Source of the DNA: Myxococcales bacterium
GTDB lineage: Bacteria; Myxococcota_A; Polyangia; Palsa-1104; JAEUJZ01
Direction of reading: 5' to 3'
NCBI GenBank assembly: GCA_033578775.1
Contig: JAVQWY010000014.1
Span: forward strand, 64,001-102,856
Length of the DNA: 38,856 nt
A program made the translations under genes and the position numbers. This document shows, one piece after another, positions 26,443-35,096 of the stretch (the first letter of the stretch is position 1; every line of letters starts with the position of its first letter). The notes below the pieces were generated by a model that was given only the letters and a program-made list of their open reading frames with translations, ran no database searches and was not told the DNA's origin.

Positions 26443-27912
26443 GTGTCTCATCTCAGGACGGCGATGAGCCATCCGTTCCGGCGGGCCAAGATCGTGTGCA
26501 CGCTCGGGCCGGCCAGCCGCTCGCCGGAGGTCATTGGCCATCTTATCGACGAGGGCATGGACGTTGCGCGGCTCAATTTCTCCCACGGCAGCCCGGATGA
26601 ACACCGCCGCATGGTGGCCCTGGTGCGGGAGCAGGCGCGGCTGCGCGGGCGCCCTGTGGCGGTGCTGCAGGACCTGCAGGGCCCCAAGATTCGCATCGGC
26701 AAGATGGCGCCGGGCACGGTGCTGGAGGCCGGTGCCGAGTTTGTGATCACGACGCAGGAGATCGTGGGCGATGCGACGCGCGCCTCGACCACCTACCGGG
26801 AGCTGCCACGTGACGTGCAGGTGGGCGACATCATGCTATTGGACGACGGGATGCTGCAACTCGAGGTGCTGGAGGTGGCTGGGGAGGAGGTCATCACCCG
26901 CGTGCTGGTGGGCGGGCCGCTGTCGGACAACAAGGGCATCAACCTGCCCGGCGTGCATGTGTCTGCGCCCTCGCTGTCGGACAAGGACCGGGCGGACCTG
27001 GTGCTGGGGCAGGAGCTGGGGGTGGACTTCGTGGCGCTCTCGTTTGTGCGCTCGCCGCAGGATGTGATCCAGGCCAAGGAGGCCATTCACGATGCGCGCC
27101 TGGCGCTGGGTGGGCGGCCGCGGCGGGCGCCCACCCCGGTCATCGCCAAGATCGAGAAACCCGAGGCGGTGGAACACCTGGCCGAGATCATTGAGGTGGC
27201 CGACGGCATCATGATTGCCCGCGGAGACCTGGGGGTGGAGCTGGGGCCAGAGAAGGTGCCGCTCATCCAGAAGTCGGCCATCGAGCTGACCAACCAGCAT
27301 GGCAAGCTGGTCATCACGGCGACGCAGATGCTGGAATCGATGACCGTCGCGCCACGGCCGACACGCGCCGAGGCGAGCGATGTGGCCAACGCGATTCTCG
27401 ACGGGACCGATGCGGTCATGCTGTCTGGCGAGACGGCCTCGGGGCGCTATCCGCTGCTGGCGGTGCGGACCATGGTGCGCATCGTGCGCGAGGTGGAGCA
27501 GAGCCCGCGCTTTCACCAGCTTATGGCGCGGCAGTCGTGGCCCAAGCTGGCTGTGACCAGCAACGCCGTGGCCCATGCGGCGGTGGTGGCGTCGCGACTG
27601 GTCAAGGCCCCGGTCATCGTCTCGGTGAGCGATTCTGGCGGGGTGGTGCGTTTGCTATCCGAGTACCGTCCCGAGGCGCTGCTGGTGGCGCTGTCGCGGC
27701 ACGAGGAGGTCTACCGTCAGCTGGCTGCCTACTGGGGCGTCGTGCCCATGATCGCACCCGAGGTGCAGACGGAGCAGGAGATGGTGGACTTTATCTTGCC
27801 CATGCTGCGGGAGCGGGGCTATGCCCGCAGCGGCCAGGCGGTGGTGATCACGATGGCGCTGCCCTATGGCAGCGGCCTGCCCACCAACACGATGCAGATC
27901 TTGCAGGTGTAG
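26443..27912 (+). CDS. pyk: pyruvate kinase
   Basis: RRAKIVCTLGPAS, NFSHGS and MIARGDLGVE. GTG start at 26443 with an AGGAGG RBS; the ATG at 26464 is an alternative. Confidence 0.95.
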   Translation: MSHLRTAMSHPFRRAKIVCTLGPASRSPEVIGHLIDEGMDVARLNFSHGSPDEHRRMVALVREQARLRGRPVAVLQDLQGPKIRIGKMAPGTVLEAGAEFVITTQEIVGDATRASTTYRELPRDVQVGDIMLLDDGMLQLEVLEVAGEEVITRVLVGGPLSDNKGINLPGVHVSAPSLSDKDRADLVLGQELGVDFVALSFVRSPQDVIQAKEAIHDARLALGGRPRRAPTPVIAKIEKPEAVEHLAEIIEVADGIMIARGDLGVELGPEKVPLIQKSAIELTNQHGKLVITATQMLESMTVAPRPTRAEASDVANAILDGTDAVMLSGETASGRYPLLAVRTMVRIVREVEQSPRFHQLMARQSWPKLAVTSNAVAHAAVVASRLVKAPVIVSVSDSGGVVRLLSEYRPEALLVALSRHEEVYRQLAAYWGVVPMIAPEVQTEQEMVDFILPMLRERGYARSGQAVVITMALPYGSGLPTNTMQILQV

Positions 27913-28013
27913 GCGCCGGTCCGCCTGGGGCAGCGCGATCGGTCTGCTGCTGTCCCGCCTGGGTCAGAGCGTTGCGGTTGGTGTGGCGCCGGTCCGCAGG
28001 GGGGAGCGCGACC
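27907..28013. repeat. diverged (~85% identical) ~33-bp direct repeat with 74-bp period starting on the pyk stop codon
   Basis: gtgtaggcgccggtccgcctggggcagcgcgatc (27907-27940) versus gtgtggcgccggtccgcaggggggagcgcgacc (27981-28013). Confidence 0.6.
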
Positions 28014-28078
28014 TCAGCGTAGAGGGGCTCTTCCGGCGGTGCTTGCAGGGGTGGACCCGGGCCGGCCCGGGGCGGCTG

Positions 28079-28567
28079 TCATTTGCGGAGCGCAACCAGG
28101 TGGAAGTTGGGGTAGCCCGCCATGGCAGCGGTCTTCATGACCTTGGCCAGCAGCTCGTAGGGGATGTCCTTGTCGGCCATGAGCAGGATCGTGCTGTCGT
28201 CGTGGTTGCGGCTCATGCCCCGTTCGCTGCGGCTGGCTCGGGCGGCGGTGAGCCGATTGTACAGGGGGACGATCTGGTCTCCCTGGACTTCCACATCGAA
28301 CCGGCCGCCCTCGATGTGGGCAATGGGCGATCGCTCGATGGCCAGTTCGGTCTTGGACAGGCTGACAACGATGCTCTCTCTCAGGTTGAAGCCGAGGCGA
28401 CTTTCGGGCAGCGTCAGGTGGGTGCGCCCCTCCAGCGCCAGGTGCTGCGAGGCGAAGATGGTCAGCAAGAAGAACAGCAGGTTGGTCAGGATGTCGATGA
28501 GGGCCACCAGGTTCAGCTGGGGCACCTCGTCGGGGGTGGCGTTTGCGCTGTCGCCGCTGGACATCAT
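28079..28567 (-). CDS. ExbD/TolR-family biopolymer transport protein
   Basis: LNLVALIDILTNLLFFLL TM followed by the periplasmic ExbD domain. Confidence 0.85.
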   Translation of the reverse strand: MMSSGDSANATPDEVPQLNLVALIDILTNLLFFLLTIFASQHLALEGRTHLTLPESRLGFNLRESIVVSLSKTELAIERSPIAHIEGGRFDVEVQGDQIVPLYNRLTAARASRSERGMSRNHDDSTILLMADKDIPYELLAKVMKTAAMAGYPNFHLVALRK

Positions 28568-28573
28568 GGTGCC

Positions 28574-29125
28574 TCAGCGAACCAGGTCGGAGATGACGAC
28601 CTTGGTGAACAGGTTGCTGGTGCGCGCCGTGCCCCCCGTGCCGCGGGCGGCGTCCATGGTTCGGATGATCACCTCGTAGGGGACCTCGTTGTCCGGCAAG
28701 AGGATCACCGTGTCTGATGCAGGGTAGCGGTCCTTGATGGCGGCCAGACGGCGGGTCAGCTCCTCGTAGGGCAGGTCCCAGGGTGGCGCGCCAGCCTCGG
28801 TGCGGCGGGGCAGCTCAAAGCGCAGCGCGGCGGTCTGCTCACGGCTGAGGCGCTCATTGGCAGCACTGCCTAGGATGCCGCGCCTGGTGATCTGCAGCGT
28901 GACCAGGACCTGGCTTGGCGGCGGCTCCTGCCCACCGGCCGACTCGGAGCGGGTCGGTACCGACGCCGGCAGCAGCGCCACCACCGCCGCCCCGACAGAG
29001 GCCAGCAGGAAAAACAAGATGTTGCTCATCACGTCCATCAGCGGCGTCAGGTTCAGGTCCACACCACCGACCTCGGCCTCTGTGCCGAAGAGGGAACGGC
29101 GCGAGCCGAAGACCGAGCCCTGCAT
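28574..29125 (-). CDS. ExbD/TolR-family biopolymer transport protein (second copy)
   Basis: LNLTPLMDVMSNILFFLLASVG. The start ATG overlaps the ExbB stop (ATGA). The ORF tool's N-terminal extension was rejected. Confidence 0.8.
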   Translation of the reverse strand: MQGSVFGSRRSLFGTEAEVGGVDLNLTPLMDVMSNILFFLLASVGAAVVALLPASVPTRSESAGGQEPPPSQVLVTLQITRRGILGSAANERLSREQTAALRFELPRRTEAGAPPWDLPYEELTRRLAAIKDRYPASDTVILLPDNEVPYEVIIRTMDAARGTGGTARTSNLFTKVVISDLVR

Positions 29126-29770
29126 CAGGCGGTGGCTCCGCGGCGCTGGGCCCCGGTCCGCTGCGAGGCCAGGTGGTCGACCAAGCGGGTGGTCGCCTGC
29201 TCCATGGCGGTGAGGATCCGGGACTGCCGGCCAGAAATGATCATATACGCAAACACCGTGCCCACGGCGACAGCGAGGCCGAAGAAGGTGTTGTAGAAGG
29301 CGATGGCGATGCCCTTGGCGAGCATCGCCTGCCGCGCGGCCGTGCTCTCGGTGTTGCCGATGCCTTGGAAGGAGACGATGAGGCCGTGGATGGTGCCCAG
29401 CAGGCCGCACAGGGTGGCCAGGTTGGCCAGGTGGGGCAGGTAGGCCGTGAGCGCCCGGATGGTGGGCAGCTCCACCGCTGCCTGCGCCTCGACAGCACGG
29501 CGGATGTCCTTCTCGCTGCGGTCGGCTCGCACCAGCGCCGACTTAAGGATGCGCATCAGCGGGTGGCGGTTCATGCTACAGAGCTGGAGCGCCTGGGGGT
29601 AGCTGCCGGACTCGCTCAGGTCCAGGACCTGCTTGAGGTACGCCGGGCCGGGGAGGCGGTACTTGACCCAGAGCGTGTAGAGACGCTGCAGAATGATCGC
29701 AACGGCGCCAATGGAGATGCCCAGGGTGGCGAACATGAAGGGTCCACCCGCTAGCAGAAGGTCGAACATC
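29125..29770 (-). CDS. MotA/TolQ/ExbB proton-channel protein
   Basis: Three TM segments. CGLLGTIHGLIVSFQGIGNTESTAARQAMLAKGIAIAFYNTFFGLAVAV. AGGAG RBS. The ORF tool's extension to 30042 was rejected. Confidence 0.85.
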
Positions 29771-29933
29771 GGTGCTCCTTGTGCGTGCTGGCCCATCATA
29801 CTGGCCAGGGGCCGTAAGGTCCAGGCCACCAACCGGCGGGTGGCGCTTGGGCCGGGACGAGGGTCTGCGCCCTTTGCCCACATAGGGGCGAGCTGGACCC
29901 ATGGGGGGGCGGGGCGGCGGGAAGGGCTTGCGC

Positions 29934-30156
29934 ATCCAGGCCCCAGAAGAGTGCAGGGGCTGACGCAAAGGAGCGAATGCAGGCTTGAGTAGCGATAAAC
30001 CGGGTGAATCCAGGCCCCAGAAGAGTGCAGGGGCTGACGCAAGGGAACCTGGGCCTGGCGGAGGAGACTAGGGCTTGCGCAGGAACTTAGCTCCCGTGGC
30101 CTGTCTCCCGGAGTAACAGGGACCTGGGCCTGGCGGAGGAGACTAGGGCTTGCGCA
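29934..30156. repeat. two adjacent repeat-spacer-repeat structures (35-bp perfect repeats A and B, each x2, spacers 39-40 bp)
   Basis: Repeat A (atccaggccccagaagagtgcaggggctgacgcaa) lies at 29934-29968 and 30008-30042. Repeat B (acctgggcctggcggaggagactagggcttgcgca) lies at 30047-30081 and 30122-30156. B copy 2 contains the sterol methyltransferase stop codon. Confidence 0.9.
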
Positions 30157-31168
30157 CCAGAAAGTAGAACATCGGCGTGAAGATGCCGGTTCGCCCCCCC
30201 TCGACGAGGTAGCCCGCCCCGCGCTGCAGGAACGAGCTGACCGCGGTGGCGCCCTTGGGTGCCACGCCCACGGCCTCCAGGCTGCGGACCATCTGGTGGG
30301 TCAGCCATCGGCCCACGGGGCTGGAGCGGAACCCGCTGGGGGTGTACCAGGGGGCTGCCAGGGGCAGGTACCAGGGCGTCTCCGGGTCGGCGGTCAAGGC
30401 CCGGTCCTCGCTTTCCAGCACCTCGAAGCCGACCGCGCGCAGCGCTTCCAGCACCTCCGGCACCGTCGCCAGCTCGGGCAGCGCGTTGCCTTCCTCGATG
30501 CCCTGCCGGATCTCCCGATGGCGGGGGTTTTGCGAGTCGTACCGGTCGGTCACGCACCACTCGTAGGCGGCAAAGTGCGCGCCCGGCTTGAGCACGCGGA
30601 AAACCTCGCCGTAGATTTGCCGCTTGTCCGGCGCGTGGCAGGTGGCCTCGATGGCATAGGCGGCATCGAAGGTGCCATCTGGCACCGGAACGGACAGAAA
30701 GTCGCACTTGAGGAGCTCGCACAGGTGGCTCAGGCGGGCCGCCTCGTTGTGTTTGCGGGCCCGTGCGATCTGGTAGTCGTTGTTGTTCAGGCCGACGATG
30801 GTGGCGCCGCTAAAGCGGGCAATGGAGCGCATCGGCCCCCCCACCCCGCAGCCGAAATCGGCCACCCTCATGCCCGGCCGCAAGCCCAGGCGCAGCGCCA
30901 AAAAGTGCTCGTAGCGCGCGATGGAAGCAGCAAATGCCTCGCCGCGGAAGCGCGGCGCAAAGTGAAAGGACTGTCCCCAGCCGAACTCATAGAAATCCGT
31001 GACAAGATCGTAAAAGTTGTTGACCAGCGTCGCATAGGACTGTTTGCGACGTTCCGTGCTGCCGCCCCGGGAACGGTCATACTGGGCGGTGTAGTTGTCC
31101 ACGGTGGCCTGAACCTCGTCCCGGGCGAGGGATGTCTGACAGATGTCGGTGACCGATGGTGCGTCCAT
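30143..31168 (-). CDS. sterol 24-C-methyltransferase (ERG6/SMT1 family, SAM-dependent)
   Basis: Near-colinear match to ERG6 hallmark blocks: YEFGWGQSFHFAPRFRGEAFAASIARYEHFLA, FGCGVGGP, VGLNNNDYQIARA, YAIEATCHAP, VLKPGAHFAAYEWCVTDRYDSQNPRHREI, GGRTGIFTPMFYFLVRKP. Start at MDAPSV; the upstream ORF extension was rejected. Confidence 0.85.
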   Translation of the reverse strand: MDAPSVTDICQTSLARDEVQATVDNYTAQYDRSRGGSTERRKQSYATLVNNFYDLVTDFYEFGWGQSFHFAPRFRGEAFAASIARYEHFLALRLGLRPGMRVADFGCGVGGPMRSIARFSGATIVGLNNNDYQIARARKHNEAARLSHLCELLKCDFLSVPVPDGTFDAAYAIEATCHAPDKRQIYGEVFRVLKPGAHFAAYEWCVTDRYDSQNPRHREIRQGIEEGNALPELATVPEVLEALRAVGFEVLESEDRALTADPETPWYLPLAAPWYTPSGFRSSPVGRWLTHQMVRSLEAVGVAPKGATAVSSFLQRGAGYLVEGGRTGIFTPMFYFLVRKP

Positions 31169-31314
31169 GGCTGAGCCCTGTTGCTGTGTGCTGGTAGGAA
31201 ACCCGGAACCCGCGCGGGTGTCAATGTGCGATTCCGCACGGGCGGGAACCTGTTGACCCCAGCCCGCGCTGGAGGCAGCATGAGGCAATTTGTTTGATCC
31301 TGCCGGAGCATGCC

Positions 31315-32652
31315 ATGAGCGGAGAGCCTGAGCAGCCTGTTCCTGTCCCTGTCTATGACGTTTGCGTTGTCGGTGCCGGCCCGAGCGGTGCCACGTGTGC
31401 ATACTATCTGGCGCAGCGCGGCAAGCGGGTTTTGTTGCTGGAGAAAAAGACCTTTCCGCGCGACAAGCTGTGCGGCGATGCCGTCTGCACCAACGCCCAG
31501 ATCCACCTGGACCGCATGGGCGTGCTTCGGGAGCTAGAGGAGGAGGGCACCGGTCACTGGGCTGCAGTGGGGGGCCTGGTCAGCCCGCGGCGCATCGGGT
31601 TCATTGGCAACTCGGCCAAGCAAAATGGCCGCCCGCTGGTGATGGCCGTCAAGCGCATGATCCTCGACGAGAAGATTGCGCGCGCGGCGCAGCGGGCCGG
31701 GGCCCTTCTGGTGGAAAACACCACCGTGACCGGTGCCTCTCTCTCGCGGGCCGAAGGGGTGTGGACGGTCCAGGCAACCCGCAACGGGGCGGCCGTGTCC
31801 TACCGGGCGCGGGCGCTGGTGGCGGCAGATGGGGCGCTGTCGCGGCTCACCCAGGCCCTTGGCATCCCGACGCCGCCGCCAGACAGCGTGTGCAGCCGGG
31901 CCTACATCAAGGCCGGCACGCATCAGTTCGACATGGACGGCGTGGTCTTTTATGAGCTGGACATGGTGCCCGGCTACTGCGCCCTGTTCCGCGAGGCTGG
32001 CGGCGACGTCAACTACTGCGTCTATATCATCCCGGGCGGGCGCTGCTCCATTGACGATCTTTACGAGATGCACCACCGCATCCTCCGCGACAACCCGTAT
32101 GTGCGTCGGGCGGTCGGTCCCCACGCGGTCATCGACAAGATGAAGGGGGCACCGCTGCGCCTGGGTGGCATCCGCAAAAGCTACCACGACCACCTGCTCA
32201 TTGTCGGCGATGCGGCCGGACACATTGACCCGCTCACCGGCGAGGGCATCCATCATGCCATGGACGGTGGGTACCTGGCCGCCGAGGTGCTGTGCGAGGC
32301 CCTGGCAGTCGGCGACCTCAGCGAGCGGTTCCTGCGCCGCTATCAGGACCGCTGGATGCGCGCCTTTGGCCGCGATTTCTTCTGGTCCAAGAAGATGGCC
32401 CAGGTCTTTGCGAAGGCGCCGATTCTGGTCGATGCCAGCGCCGCGGTCATGCAGCGCAAGGGCGCGGACTCGCTGCTGGAATGGGGCCGTGTCATGACCG
32501 GCGTGGCCCCCAAGCGCTACTTTCTGCGGCCGGAGGTGGCGCTGCCCCTTCTTGTGGAGACGGGACGCCAGGTCGTCCGGCAAGCCTTGGGGAAGATCGT
32601 TCCAGATGTCAGGGTCTCTCTCGATGGAGTGGTTCGGCCCTGGATGCCCTAG
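31315..32652 (+). CDS. geranylgeranyl-reductase-family FAD-dependent oxidoreductase
   Basis: YDVCVVGAGPSGATCAYYLAQRGKRVLLLEKK is the Rossmann GxGxxG. LCGDAV. LIVGDAAGHIDPLTGEGIHHAM is GGR/ChlP-like. Alternative start at 31294. Confidence 0.8.
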   Translation: MSGEPEQPVPVPVYDVCVVGAGPSGATCAYYLAQRGKRVLLLEKKTFPRDKLCGDAVCTNAQIHLDRMGVLRELEEEGTGHWAAVGGLVSPRRIGFIGNSAKQNGRPLVMAVKRMILDEKIARAAQRAGALLVENTTVTGASLSRAEGVWTVQATRNGAAVSYRARALVAADGALSRLTQALGIPTPPPDSVCSRAYIKAGTHQFDMDGVVFYELDMVPGYCALFREAGGDVNYCVYIIPGGRCSIDDLYEMHHRILRDNPYVRRAVGPHAVIDKMKGAPLRLGGIRKSYHDHLLIVGDAAGHIDPLTGEGIHHAMDGGYLAAEVLCEALAVGDLSERFLRRYQDRWMRAFGRDFFWSKKMAQVFAKAPILVDASAAVMQRKGADSLLEWGRVMTGVAPKRYFLRPEVALPLLVETGRQVVRQALGKIVPDVRVSLDGVVRPWMP

Positions 32653-32662
32653 TGGTGCTCCC

Positions 32663-33061
32663 TTCGGGGCGGGGGCCCCGGTTCGCGGGGCAGGGGGGCA
32701 GCGGACTCAGGTGGGCCGGGAAAATATCCCAAGGCGCTTGAGAGGCGAGGGAGAGCACAAGGCTCGAGCCGGTGTCAATCAGGTTTGCCCCCGGGAAAAT
32801 ATCCCAAGGCGCTTGAGAGGCGAGGGCCCCGGTCCGCGGGGCAGGGGGGCAGCGGACCCGAGCCGGCTGGCGCCGCAGGGCTCTCCGGCTGGGGGCGGAG
32901 CAGGCGCGTCGGGAAGGACACGGGGCCCTGCGCCCGGGCACCCGCTGGGGCTGCGGCCGTGTCATCATCCTGCCATATCCTGCCATCGGCGGGCGGAGAT
33001 GCGCGCTACAGGAGATCCCTCGCCCCCCGCTGGGGCTGCGGCCGTGTCATCATCCTGCCAT
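32663..33061. repeat. complex nested direct-repeat region filling the intergenic space
   Basis: C is a 34-bp repeat with 1 mismatch at 32673-32706 and 32824-32857. D is a 36-bp perfect repeat at 32716-32751 and 32791-32826. E is a 36-bp perfect repeat at 32941-32976 and 33026-33061, overlapping the downstream ATG. Confidence 0.9.
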
Positions 33062-34271
33062 GCCATCCCTGCCCGCGCCTGCTGAGCAGGCGAAGCATTT
33101 CTGCCTGGAGGCGGGCGTGGTGTTTCTGAACCACGGCTCGTTTGGCGCCTGTCCCCGTCCTGTGCTGGCGGAGCAGGACCGGCTGCGCGTCCGGCTGGAG
33201 CAGGAGCCGGTGCGCTTTTTCCTCCAGGAGGCGCCGGTGCTGCTCGGGCGGGCCCGCGCGGCGCTGGCCGAGCTGGTGGGGGCCGACGAGCAGGATCTGG
33301 TCTTTGTGGCCAATGCCACCACGGCTGTGAACGCCGTGCTGCGCTCGCTGGATCTCCGCCCGGGAGATGAGCTGCTCGAGACGGACCACAGCTACAACGC
33401 CTGCCGCAACGTGCTGCGCTACCTGGCGGCGCGCACCGGCGCCCTCGTCCGCACCGTCGCGCTGCCCCTGCCCATCTCCGGCCCCCAGGAGGTGGTGGAG
33501 CGGGTGCTGCAGGAGGTCACGCCGCGCACGCGCCTGGCGCTGCTGGACCACGTGACCAGCCCCACAGCGCTGGTGCTGCCCGTGGCCGAGCTGGTACGCG
33601 CCCTCCAGGAGCGCGGGGTGGACACGCTGGTGGACGGCGCGCATGCCCCCGGGATGCTGCCCCTGGACCTGCGCGCCCTGGGCGCGGCCTACTATGCTGG
33701 CAACTGCCACAAGTGGCTGTGCACGCCCAAGGGTGCTGGGTTCCTGTACGTCCGTCGGGACCGCCAGGTGGGCCTGGTGCCGCCGGTCATCAGCCATGGC
33801 TACAACGCGCCGCCGTCTGAGCAGCCGCGGCTGCACGCCCTCTTTGACTGGACCGGCACGGTGGACCCGACGCCGGCGCTGTGCGTGCCCGCGGCGATTG
33901 CGTTTCTGTCCGGCCTGATGCCGGGCGGGCTGGCAGCGCTGCAAGAGCGCAACCGACAGCTGGCCTGTCAGGCCCGGCAGGTGCTGTGCGCAGCCCTGGG
34001 CCTGCCGCCGCCCTGCCCCCAGCAGATGCTGGGCAGCATGGCCGCGGTCCCCTTGCCCGACGAGGACAGGGGGACGCCGCGGTCGCCGCTCCAGCCCGAT
34101 CCGCTGCAGACGGAGCTGCGCGAGCGGTTTGGCATCCAGGTGCCGATCATGTCCTGGCCTGCATGGCCCCACCGCCTGCTGCGCATCTCTGCCCAGGCCT
34201 ACAACAGCCTGGCCCAGTACGAGTACCTGGCAGAGGCTCTGGGCACCCTGCTGGGGGCGTCCCGCCGGTAG
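33060..34271 (+). CDS. class V aminotransferase-fold PLP enzyme (isopenicillin-N-epimerase / cysteine-desulfurase-like)
   Basis: FLNHGSFGACP, ANATTAVNAV, HVTSPTALVLPV and GNCHKWLCTPKG (K is the PLP lysine). Confidence 0.8.
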   Translation: MPSLPAPAEQAKHFCLEAGVVFLNHGSFGACPRPVLAEQDRLRVRLEQEPVRFFLQEAPVLLGRARAALAELVGADEQDLVFVANATTAVNAVLRSLDLRPGDELLETDHSYNACRNVLRYLAARTGALVRTVALPLPISGPQEVVERVLQEVTPRTRLALLDHVTSPTALVLPVAELVRALQERGVDTLVDGAHAPGMLPLDLRALGAAYYAGNCHKWLCTPKGAGFLYVRRDRQVGLVPPVISHGYNAPPSEQPRLHALFDWTGTVDPTPALCVPAAIAFLSGLMPGGLAALQERNRQLACQARQVLCAALGLPPPCPQQMLGSMAAVPLPDEDRGTPRSPLQPDPLQTELRERFGIQVPIMSWPAWPHRLLRISAQAYNSLAQYEYLAEALGTLLGASRR

Positions 34272-34404
34272 CAGGCCCCAGCTCAGGGCTCCTGCGGCGA
34301 CCGGCCTGCGGGCGCCTGCCCTATGCTCGGCGGGCACCCAAGGTCCCCGCGGTCCGAACGCAACCCCAGGGCCGGGGGTCCTGCCGCTGCCCCTGCTGGT
34401 GTAC

Positions 34405-34505
34405 AATGTTTGTCGAAAAAATAGCGATCATCTGGGCGCATATTTGGGGTTGACATTAAACGGACTCTATATAATACATAGACATAGCTTCATCGCTCGA
34501 GGAGG
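34405..34505 (+). promoter_or_regulatory. AT-rich island with sigma-70-like hexamers upstream of the ECF sigma gene
   Basis: TTGACA at 34450-34455 and TATAAT at 34470-34475, with a short 14-bp spacer. GGAGG RBS at 34501-34505. This is the only strongly AT-rich ~100 bp in this part of the window. Confidence 0.35.
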
Positions 34506-34514
34506 CGTTGGTCC

Positions 34515-35096
34515 ATGTCCTGTCCCTCTCCACCCCGAACCCAGTCCGCGCTGCCTCCCACTGCAGTCATCGTCAAAAGCCGCGCCCGGCTGTTGCGCCA
34601 GGCGCGCCGCATGCTTCGCGATCGAGACGGTGCCGAAGACGCCGCCCAGGACGCGCTGGTGTGCGCCCTGCGCGGCCTGCAGGACTTCCGCGGCGAGGCG
34701 CAACTGGGCACCTGGCTGTACCGCCTCGGCGTCAACGCCGTCCTGATGAGCCTGCGCCGCCAGCGCCGCGCCGCCGCCCGCCTGTCCCGTGCCGCCCGCC
34801 TGTCTGCCGGCCGGCCCAGCTGGCTCCACGGAACCTCCGAGGCCCTGGCCTACCGCGCCCAGCCGCTCGAGCAGCTGGAGGCCCACGAGCTCGCCCGCTC
34901 GCTCCGCCGCGCCGTCCGGGAACTGCCCGATGCCTACTCGACCGTGGTGACCCTGTGCGACCTGGACGGCCGCCCCCTGCCCGAGGTCGCCAGCACCCTC
35001 GGCCTCAGCGTCGCCGGCGTGCGCACCCGGCGTCTGCGCGCCCACCGCATGCTCCGCCAGGCCCTGGGCCCCCAGGCCGCCGGGTGGGCCCCATGA
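34515..35096 (+). CDS. RNA polymerase ECF-type sigma-70 factor
   Basis: Region 2 (EDAAQDALVCALRGLQDFRGEAQLGTWLYRLGVNAVLMSLRRQ) and region 4 (LPDAYSTVVTLCDLDGRPLPEVASTLGLSVAGVRTRRLRAHRMLRQAL). Confidence 0.75.
   Translation: MSCPSPPRTQSALPPTAVIVKSRARLLRQARRMLRDRDGAEDAAQDALVCALRGLQDFRGEAQLGTWLYRLGVNAVLMSLRRQRRAAARLSRAARLSAGRPSWLHGTSEALAYRAQPLEQLEAHELARSLRRAVRELPDAYSTVVTLCDLDGRPLPEVASTLGLSVAGVRTRRLRAHRMLRQALGPQAAGWAP

Noticed and set aside
29771-30042. N-terminal extension of the ExbB ORF running through repeat A
   Set aside because: The first TM of MotA/ExbB begins at MFDLLLAGGPF with an AGGAG RBS. The extension is translated repeat DNA.
32552-33085. 177-aa plus-strand ORF with an internal ENIPRRLRGEG duplication
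   Set aside because: The protein-level duplication is only the translation of the 36-bp DNA repeat D. Composition is Gly/Arg/Pro-rich and it spans an intergenic repeat region.
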